64,000 bases of DNA, taken from Anthoceros angustus (Eukaryota; Plantae; Anthocerotophyta). Shown piece by piece: positions 51,997 to 60,852 of this stretch (position 1 is its first letter; each line of letters begins with the position of its first letter). The notes beneath the pieces are model-generated. The model worked only from the letters and a program-made list of their open reading frames with translations. It did not search any database and had not been told where the DNA came from. The stretch covers positions 224,371 to 288,370 of the forward strand of contig MU008213.1 of assembly GCA_010909165.1 (NCBI GenBank). Reading direction: 5' to 3'. Position numbers and translations under genes: made by a program.

Positions 51997-54782
51997 TCAC
52001 TCCGACGTGGTGAGGTGAACCATGAGCGTCAGAAATTCCGCAAAATCCAGCGCCCAGTCTCCACTGGTGTCCCCGCGCCGCATCAACTCCCTGAGCTCCG
52101 CCTGAGTGCACTCCAAGCCGCGCAGCATCATCCCCGTGCCCAGCTCCTGGAGCGAGATGCGCCCGTCCCCGTCCCGATCATACGCCCTGAACTCCGCCCT
52201 CAAGGCCTGCAGCTGCGCCGGGCTGATCCGCGGCGCGTCCCCCGCCCCAGGCCCCAGCCGCCCCATGAGATTCAAAAACTCCCCGAATTCCAGCGTCCCG
52301 TTCCCGTCCAAGTCCCCCGCGGCGATGTACGCCCGCACCTCCTCCTCCTTCACGTCCTGCCCCAGCAGCCGCAGCAGCGTCCCGAGCTGGTCCGCCGTCA
52401 GGCTTCCGTCCCCGTCCCGGTCCAGCAGGTTGAACTTCTCCCGGTACGCGGCGATCTCCTCCGGGCTGAGCTGGGGGACCGGAAGCGAGGCACCGGGAAC
52501 CGGGGTCGCCGGTGCCGCTGGCGACGCGCCGGCGCCGGAGGCGGCGGCCATGACGATGAGGAACTCCGGCAGACTGAGGCTGCCGTTGCCGTCCAGGTCG
52601 CCCTCGCCGATCATGGCCGCAACCTCGGCCTCGCTGGCCGTCTGGCCAAGACGCCGCAGCGCGGCGCTGAGCTCGCGCGCGCTGATGCTCCCGTCGCCGT
52701 CGGCATCGAACAGCGCGAAGACATGGGTGAAGTGCACAAGCTGCTCCGGCGAGAGCCGCGGCTGGAGCTGGGAGCCCTGTCCATGGCCGCCGCCGGTCAT
52801 CATGTCCAGGAACTCGGCGAAGTCGAGAGTGCCGTTGCCGTCCGCGTCCGCCTGGGCCATGACGGCCTGCAGCTCCGCCTGGCTGAGGTTGTGGCCAAGC
52901 AGCCGCATCGCCGTGGCCAGCTCGTGCGTCGTGATGTGGCCGTCCCCGTCCCTGTCGAACACCATGAACGCCTCCTTCAGCCGGGAGATGTGCTCCAGGG
53001 TGAGCTGGTGCGAGATCGACCCCGACACGCCCTGGCAGGTGAGCTCGTGATGGGTGTACATGAGGTCCAGGAACTCGAGCATGTCGATGACCCCGTCCCC
53101 GTCCACGTCCGCGCTGTGCATCATGGCCTGGAGCTGGGCGGGGGTGGGGCTGTCGCCCAGCAGCCGCAGCGCCACGCCCAGCTCGTCGATGGTGACGCCC
53201 CCGTCCCCGTCCCGGTCGAACGCCGTGAAGGCGTCCTTGAACTCGGCGATCCTATCGGGTGTGAGGTTGGGGAACCGGCGCTGCAGCTCCTGCTTCCTGG
53301 CGATGCATTCCTCGTCGTCCTCCGCCCAGGCGAGCACGTGGTTGAGCATGAGCAGGGCCTCGCCGCACAGGCGCTGCCCGGCCAGCCGCAGCGCCTCGGC
53401 CCGGTATTCCTTCCGCCGCCGCCGGAATTTCTCCTCCTGCTCCGGGAATTTGTCCAAGAGCCTGCTGCGCACGTCGATGTCGTCGAACTCGATCTTGAGG
53501 GGGCGGTCCTCCCGCCGGTCGAAGGGGCTGCGTGTCATGCTGCTGGCGTGGTCGATGAAGGTCCATCTGTCGTACGTCCGCCCGTCGCTGCCCTTCACCG
53601 GATCGCACATCACCTCCCAGGTGATGGGGTCGTGGTACCACTTGAGGGTGTCTGTTGAAGGAGTCTTCTTGGACTTGGTGGGTGGGTGATGGATGTCCGC
53701 CACAGGCGCTGGTGTTGCAGAGGCAGTGGCAGTGGCAGTGCCCCCTGTCCTTCTCTTCGAATGCGCTTCCAGTTCCGCCACGATCTTCAGTCCAGCGTAG
53801 CAGAAGACGGCGGTCATTAGTACTGCCACTCTGGACATGGTGGTTGCAATCTTGGCGTGATGCCATCACCTCCGCACAGACACCAGCTGCAACGGGGGAT
53901 CAGGATGGTCATGACAGGACCAGGACTTACTTCCGAGAAGAACTGCCGCACTTCATCGGTCTGAGGCTCTGTTGCCTTGAGGAAGAAGAGAGCCTCGTCG
54001 ATTTTGTTGGGAAACGCCTGCATCTCAGCCCGAACGGGCTGCCACAGCCCTTGCAGCTCCCGTTGGAGCACATCCTTCAGGGACGGCGCGCTGCTGCTTG
54101 TCAGAGCCTTGACAAGGCTTTCAACCCTGGACAAGGCGGACTCGAACTCCTCCTTGTTTTCAGGGCTCTTTATGTCCACCTGCAACCGAGCCCCAACCAG
54201 ACCATGTCACTCCACCTCGCAGTACACCCAAGCACAAGCAATGCAAAACTTTCTACTTGCACCCAATCCACAAACATTCCAGTCTTCTGGACGTTAACCA
54301 CGCACATTCAAGGCAGTGAACAAGATGGCTATCTGGAAAGGAGTGACGATGCGCTCACGCAGCAGCCGCAGCTCCGAGTGCACCCTCTTGGCATCCCAGA
54401 CCGAGTCAAAGAAGCCCTTGCCCAGGATCTTATGCGCCTGCTTAGCCGTGTCCCGCAAATCCACCACCAACGCCTCTGCAACCAAGCAAGCATGACAAAA
54501 CAAAGGCCTCAGCTTCGCCTCTTCCTTCCAGGCCCAATCAAAGCCCACTGCGTTGCACATACCATTAGCCCATGTTGCGGAGTTGTTACGCATCATGGTG
54601 TTGCCACTCAGCACCTTGATGTTCTCCTCCAGATTCCTCATCAACCCATTGAGCTCCGTCGCGACATCTTCCGTACCGCCGCCGCCATCCTGCTTCTGAT
54701 CCCACAACCCCTTGCCCAAGAGCACGATTCTCAGCAGCGTCTCCGCACCAGAGATGGCCGCCTTCACGGCAGATTCCCCCAT
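51997..54782 (-). CDS. Helical N-domain + U-box + TPR-like hairpin + five calmodulin N-lobes (10 EF-hands); ~837 aa from ATG 54782 (~901 aa from ATG 54974)
   Basis: Predicted phase-0 exons 54782(or 54974)-54306, 54179-53931, 53784-51997. U-box [40 protein letters not shown] loops [120 protein letters not shown]. Confidence 0.85.
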
Positions 54783-55182
54783 TCCTGCACTAGCACCCGG
54801 GACTGGCAGCCCGGCCGCAGGCACAGCTTGCTTTGAGGAGATTCGCTTCCAGAAGGCGTGGAGCCGAAGGAATCCGCGGGACGTGAGGGTCTTGGGTTTC
54901 ATCCGTTCGAGGGGGGATTTGCACAGTGGGCTGCAACTGTCAGGAAGGTGCGACAAGCGCGTGAACTTGGTCATCAGCTTCCGAAGACCGGCATGCCGAT
55001 TTCATCAATTCCAGATCACTGTAATCAAACCCACCATGGTCCCGGGCCCGGTACAGGAGTACAGGATGAAGCAATATGTGACACGATCACCAACATTTTA
55101 CCCCTAACCCGATCAGTTGACGCGATTACTGTGCGTCTCGTCTGACACTCTGACTGTGTTCGAATTGCTGGGATCATAAAGT

Positions 55183-56915
55183 ATGAGGTCCCCTCCCTGT
55201 GTGTGGCGCTTTAGAGCTGGGTCTAGGGTCCAGGCTTGGTTCCACAGCGCATGCTTGTGCGAATCTTACAGTTGGACACACAGGACGGCATGGCCTCTCA
55301 TTGCTGCAACAGCTTTTGTGGACCCGTCAGACACAAATCGACCCCAATATATCAGGTTTTCCCAGGAAAGACTTATCGATGCCCTGTCTTCGAGGTGTGG
55401 ACTGTTAGCAGAAAGGTTGGTCCTCGTGGTCTTGACCCTACATCTCAATGGAGCTTGTGGATGACTCTGACCTTAGCAGGCCTGGAGGGGCAACAACGGC
55501 TGAGACTGTCAGCAAACTTCGTGATCAGAGGCTACTCACTGATGAGGCTGTTCAGGCTCTGGGAATACTGATGGCATATTTCCCGGTCCCTCTTTAATAC
55601 TGTGCTGACAAAGTATGGGCCTTCCTGCGGATGTATGCTTCTCATGCCCGGTTGCAAGACGCGATGGATGTGTTCACCATGGTGCCCAACCCAGAAACAT
55701 TCACGTGGTCTGCCTATAATCTCTGAGGGCCCATGATTAGCACGGGCGAGCTGGACAGGCCATAGAACTTTATCATCAGTTGGGCAGCTCCGGTGTTGAA
55801 TCCAGATGGTCGTGTGTTTATAGCAGCTCTAGTGCCAGGGTTAGAGACTTGAAAACGGGACAACAGTTGCATCCTGGTGTGTTGGACAGTGACGTTGAGC
55901 CGCGTTTGTTTCTTTCTAGTTGACATGTATTCAAAGTGTGGCAGCCTCGAGGATGCTTAGGGTGTGTTTCATGATGTCGGTCAGAAATATGTGGTGACAT
56001 GGACCAGTTTGATAACAGGATATTGTCAGCAGGGCCTGGGTTAGAAATCCCTTCATGTGCAACGTTCAATGCAAGAAGAAGGCGTTGTGGCACCCGATGC
56101 TGTGACACTTGTATCCGTCCTCCAGGCATGTGCAAGTGTGAGTAATCCGGACTTGGAGACGGGAGAGCAGCTTCATGCACAGATTGGATCCAGAGCAAGG
56201 TCTTCAGGTTGATGTAGTTGTGGGTTGCACCCTGGTGAACCATGTATACATATGAAAATGTGGCATCCTCAATGTTCTCAGAAGAATGTGGTGAAATGGA
56301 ATGCCGTGATAGCTTGATACTCCCACCAGGGCTTGGGACATGAATCCCTTCATCTTTAGGGTGCTAAGCAAGATGAAGGCCTGATTGCACCTGATTCTGT
56401 GACCTTCGTTTCTCTCCTGCAGGAATGTGCAAGCGTGGGTAACCCGGCTTTCGAGAATGGGAAGTGGCTTCATGGACAGATGGGAGAGCAAGGACTTCAG
56501 GCTGATCTGGTTTGAACAACGCTTTCGTAAACATGTGTGCAAAGTTCGGTAGCCTAAAGGATGCTCAGGTCGTGTTTTGATGGACCTCTGATAGGAGGAT
56601 ATCTCCAGCAGGGCACGGGTCAGGAAGCCCTTCGTCCCTACGGCCTTATGCAAGCCGAAGGCATCGATGCTGTTCCTCATTCTGTCACATTTGTTTCCCT
56701 CCTGCAGGCATGCGCAGGTGTTGCAGCTCTGCATCGGGGAAGCCAGCTTCATCTTCAAATTCAAGAAAGGGGCTCCAATGTCATGTCTTTGTGGCCATCA
56801 GTTCTGTCAACATGTATGCAAAGTCTGGGAAGCATGAGTACTGCGCAGCAGGTGCTTGATGCAGTAGCCGAAAGAGACTTTGTTGCCCGGAATGCCCTGA
56901 TTGCGGGATACCAAG
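55183..56915 (+). pseudogene. PLS-class PPR pseudogene
   Basis: DMYSKCGSLEDA*GVF, VVTWTSLITGYCQQG, PDAVTLVSVLQACASV and NALIAGY, interrupted by many stops and frameshifts. Confidence 0.85.
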
Positions 56916-57164
56916 GAGACAGTAAGCTACCAACATTGGCAGATACCTACCTACCTACATACAGCTGTCCTTAAGCACCGGCTCATCCGGTAGCTCGCCC
57001 ACCTAATCTATCTATTACCGCCTTGTCCGCATATTTATCGTCCTTGGGCTTCGGAAAAAAGGCCCAATACCTATCGTGCTTCCTTGGGCTTCGACAGAAG
57101 AAGAAGAATATCATCAAGTCCATTTTATTTATGTCCGATAAGGACGGATTTCCATCATGCGACT

Positions 57165-57262
57165 TTGGTACCTTGACAACTTACACCATGGTGTGTCTAA
57201 GCTACTTGCAACATTGGTACCTTGACAACTTACACCATGGTGTGTCTAAGCTACTTGCAACA
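57165..57262. repeat. Perfect 49-bp tandem duplication
   Basis: ttggtaccttgacaacttacaccatggtgtgtctaagctacttgcaaca at 57165 and 57214. Confidence 0.9.
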
Positions 57263-57574
57263 GAGCGTCCACTCTCGTTAGGCACCCTATCTAAGTACCG
57301 ATCTAAGCACAGAAGGCCTAATAACGATGTTCTTATAAATGTGTATCCATTTGGCCTAAGCTATTTAGACACACAGAAGGCCCTTGTTGTTTGCCTTCAT
57401 GACAAAAAGTAACAAGAGTGGGTTTCCAAATGCATGTCCAAATGGGTCAGGCCAAATGGACACACATTTATGAGAATGCCATTGTTAAGCATCCTGCACT
57501 TATGAGAACGCCATTATTAAGCATCCTGCACTTCGATCATAGAAATCCAACCCAAATATGATGAGATATGACTA

Positions 57575-58455
57575 GCAAATTGTATTAGGAAGAGTAAAGA
57601 TTATTTTTACGATATTAGAAGACACTGAGATGATTTATTGAGGTGAAAGAACGATGGAAAGAGACCATCTAGGAAGGGACAACAAATGGGGACCCGGGGG
57701 TCGGAGTGAAGAGGAGCAATTGAGCTCCCTACCTAAAGTGACCAAGCTGCACAATCTCATGCGTAGAATAAACGCCCGCAAACCACGAAGGAAGAGGAAA
57801 GGCATCACCCACCGTCGCCTTATGGAGAATCGCCGTTGAGGCCGCAAGAGCAATAGAAACCCGCTATCGGAGTATCTTAAGTACGAGAGGACGTACACTA
57901 TGCTGCCCAGCATGGTAAGCTTTGGCACAAGACTTGATGAATTTGTCAAAGTCCTCAGCCATTGCCCCATACGTTTCTAGAGCAAGCGGGATAAAGAGGT
58001 GGCCCGCTTGCATCCTGCTATACTTACTATTTTTACGATATTAGTAGGAATGAATTGACTCGTCGAATATGAATTGTACATTTTGGAGTTGTTCAAATAT
58101 ATAACATCAAAAGGACTATGCAAATGCCTCAAGCCCTTCTTCTATTAGACCAAAAGTTGCTTATTGATCAGGTTCATCAATAAGCAACTTTTTATCTTGT
58201 TATCATGTTACTTTTACCATTGTTATCATGTTACTTTTATCATTGTTATCAACTTGTTATCATTAGACCTGATCTTCTACATTCAATTACAGTTATATCC
58301 TCAACTAATGAAGCTCTCACTAAACATGTTGTCAAAATTGTATATATTTTTCATGTTGGTATGGTTAACAAACAAGTTTCATACATCACACCATGTTTGG
58401 AGCCGATTTCGGACCTTATCTTGCTTATACGATCACTCACTTGGATATACTAAAA
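57575..58455 (+). pseudogene. CLP1: Decayed CLP1 C-terminal fragment interrupted by a 409-bp insertion
   Basis: 57577-57618 matches NCIMKSKNYFYDVS; 58045-58453 matches SRNGLT.. through IRPDLLHSITVISSTNEALTKHVV..QVSYITPCLEPISDLILLIRSLTWIY*. Confidence 0.8.
57619..58027. mobile_element. 409-bp insertion flanked by an exact 17-bp direct repeat (candidate non-LTR retroposon fragment)
   Basis: tatttttacgatattag at 57602-57618 and 58028-58044; AATAAA on the minus strand ~20 nt from the left end. Confidence 0.7.
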
Positions 58456-58739
58456 TACTTTTTAATATTTCAACCAAATAAATTTTATTTCATAATAAAT
58501 TTTTAATTATTTTAAAATATGTATTATTTTAATTTTAAAATTAAAAATATCTAATTTAGAACCCTCTAAATGGGACACTAAAGCGTACTTCCTAATATTC
58601 CCAATTGGATGGAGTCCATTGGAATGTATATGTGCGAGGTGTGAACAATGAAGAATGCCTCTAGAATTCGAACAAAGGATGGAGCGTTTCCGGTTGCAGG
58701 GCATTAGAACCACATAAGGATTTTTCTCACAATGCATCA

Positions 58740-58920
58740 ATTTTCCATCGCCGAGGAGAACACGTGGTTGAGCATGAGGAATGCCTTGCTGCACAGTTAC
58801 TCGCCGGGTGCCCCTTGGCATAGGCGCTAAATGGCCAGTCGCCATGCCTCGGCCCTATACTCTCGCCTGCATAGGCAATATTTGTCCTCCACCTCCGAGA
58901 ATTTGTAAGGCTGCATGCCT
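58740..58920 (-). pseudogene. Fragment of a U-box/EF-hand gene paralog (TPR-like segment)
   Basis: Reads KFSEVEDKYCLCRREYRAEAWRLAI*RLC..AFLMLNHV, versus [39 protein letters not shown] in the intact gene. Confidence 0.7.
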
Positions 58921-59129
58921 TGCTGCAATTTGAAAAATTCATCATGCATATGATGTTTTCAAGCCTCGTGAGGTGTGAGCGGTGTACTTGGTAATCACTA
59001 TTGTCTCACTAAAGTCCCACACACTAAGAGTCCGAGCTTTAAATACTTTAAAAAAATTTAAAACAGAAAGTATTCTTATAATCTTCATGGCCTTTTGCTT
59101 TCTACTTTCAACCCCTATATATTGTTCCA

Positions 59130-59518
59130 GTTGAAAGCAGCTCATCGATGGTGATGCCCCCATCCCGTGAGGGTTGAACAAGGTGAAGGCCCTGAACTCG
59201 CCCACCTTCTCGGGCGTGAGAGTCGAGAAACGGGCCTGCAGCTCCTGCTTCTTCGCCTGGCATTCCTAGTCATCCTCCGCCCAGGAGAGCACGTTGTGGA
59301 GCATCGGCAGCGTGTCTTCGCATAGCCGATGCCTTGAGGAATCTGAGGGCCTCATCGATTTTGTTGGGATGCGCTTCCATCTCAGCCCGCACAAGTTGCC
59401 ACAGCCCTTGCAGCTCTTGTTGCAGCACATGGTTAAGGGATGCAATGCTGCTGCTTGTCAGAGCCTTGAGAAGGCTTTGAACACTAGACAAGGCGTATTC
59501 GAACTCCTCCTTGTTGTT
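59130..59518 (-). pseudogene. Deleted paralog of the U-box/EF-hand gene (exon-2 homolog fused to the TPR end and EF1 start)
   Basis: [62 protein letters not shown], then NVLSWAEDD*ECQAKKQELQARFSTLTPEKVGEF. Confidence 0.8.
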
Positions 59519-59662
59519 GTTAGAAATGATTTATTACAACATATCAAAATATGTTATGAAGAGTGCCCTAAAAATAACAAACTTGTATACTAGAAAGCAT
59601 TTTCTAGAAGATCCGAACTTCCAATCAATAGTTCATATCAACTTTACAAGGCTCTTAACATG

Positions 59663-59931
59663 GCTCTGATACCACATTAGGAAAAGAGTGAGCCTTTATT
59701 GAGAGGGAACACAACACTCCCATACAATATGGGTTATATGCACTAGGCACACAAGCACACAAGGACACTTGCACACACCACACACCACATGTAGGTGGGC
59801 TTGGCCTTATATAGTCCTAGCCTTGAATCCTATTGATCACTTGACCTTGAATCCTACTGGTCACTTGACTTGCCCTTTACTTATAGCATATTTCTTAGCT
59901 TTGAGTTTGGAAGAACTTGCGTTCTAATGCA
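59663..59931 (-). mobile_element. LTR-like segment followed by a tRNA-iMet primer binding site
   Basis: Minus strand reads TG.. at 59931, TATATAAGG, AATAAA, then TGGTATCAGAGC at 59674-59663. Confidence 0.65.
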
Positions 59932-60187
59932 TAGTCTTTAGCCATGAGCTTGTGAGAACTTGTGAGCAGTTGCATAGCTCTTAGCCTTGTGCTTGAGAGA
60001 ACTTGTGTGCAATTTAGAAGTCTTGATAGGAGTCCTTGCAGTGTATGTGAGTGAGGTGGTCTTGTGCTTGAGAGAACTTGTGTGCAATTTAGACGGTCTT
60101 GATAGTAGTCCTTGTAGTGTATGTGAGTGAGGTGCTTTGATCTTCAAGATCAATTGAAGGAAACCTAAGCATGATGTCAAAAAGCAT

Positions 60188-60270
60188 GGAGACACATATA
60201 ATGAAGAAGTTGGGAGGAGACACATATAATGAAGAAGTTGGGAGGAGACACATATAATGAAGAAGTTGGA
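60188..60270 (+). repeat. Three 28-bp tandem copies at the gag start
   Basis: ggagacacatataatgaagaagttggga at 60188, 60216 and 60244. Confidence 0.85.
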
Positions 60271-60400
60271 AGGCACGAACTTCACATTGTGGAAGTTGAA
60301 GCTGAAGATGCTTCTCATCGACTGAGGACTATGAAAGTTCGTCGACAACGGCCTCGGAAAAACACCCACCGAAGCGGACACCGAGAAAGATGGAAAAGGA

Positions 60401-60852
60401 TTGGCGACAATCTTCTTAATGTGTCTGATGACATACTCTCTCAATTGAGTGAGTGTAGAAGAGCATTGATGACAATCCTTCTCAATGTGTCCGATGACAT
60501 ACTCTCTCAATTGAGTGAGTGTAGAAGAGCATTGGCGACAATCCTTCTCAATGTGTCCGATGACATACTCTCTCAATTGAGTGAGTGTAGAAGAGCATTG
60601 GCGACAATCCTTCTCAATGTGTCCGATGACATACTCTCTCAATTGAGTGAGTGTAGAAGAGCATTGGCGACAATCCTTCTCAATGTGTCCGATGACATAC
60701 TCTCTCAATTGAGTGAGTGTAGAAGAGCATTTGCGACTATCCTTCTCAATATGTCCGATGACATACTCTCTCAATTGAGTGAGTGTAGAAGAGCATTGGC
60801 CACAATCCTTCTCAATGTGTCCAATGACATACTCTCTCAATTGAGTGAGTGT
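60401..60852 (+). repeat. About 7 copies of a 66-bp in-frame repeat within gag (a second noisy array at ~61420-61855)
   Basis: Units start at 60401, 60466, 60532, 60598, 60664, 60730, 60796 and encode LATILLNVSDDILSQLSECRRA. Confidence 0.92.

Noticed and set aside
52015-53689. Long plus-strand ORFs (547, 314 and 211 aa) opposite the EF-hand exon
   Set aside because: Antisense shadows of a very GC-rich coding exon; no domain content.
56915-58560. Definite Helitron call for the CLP1 cassette
   Set aside because: No convincing 5'-TC start at an A^T site, no 3' hairpin plus CTRR, and no RepHel ORF seen.
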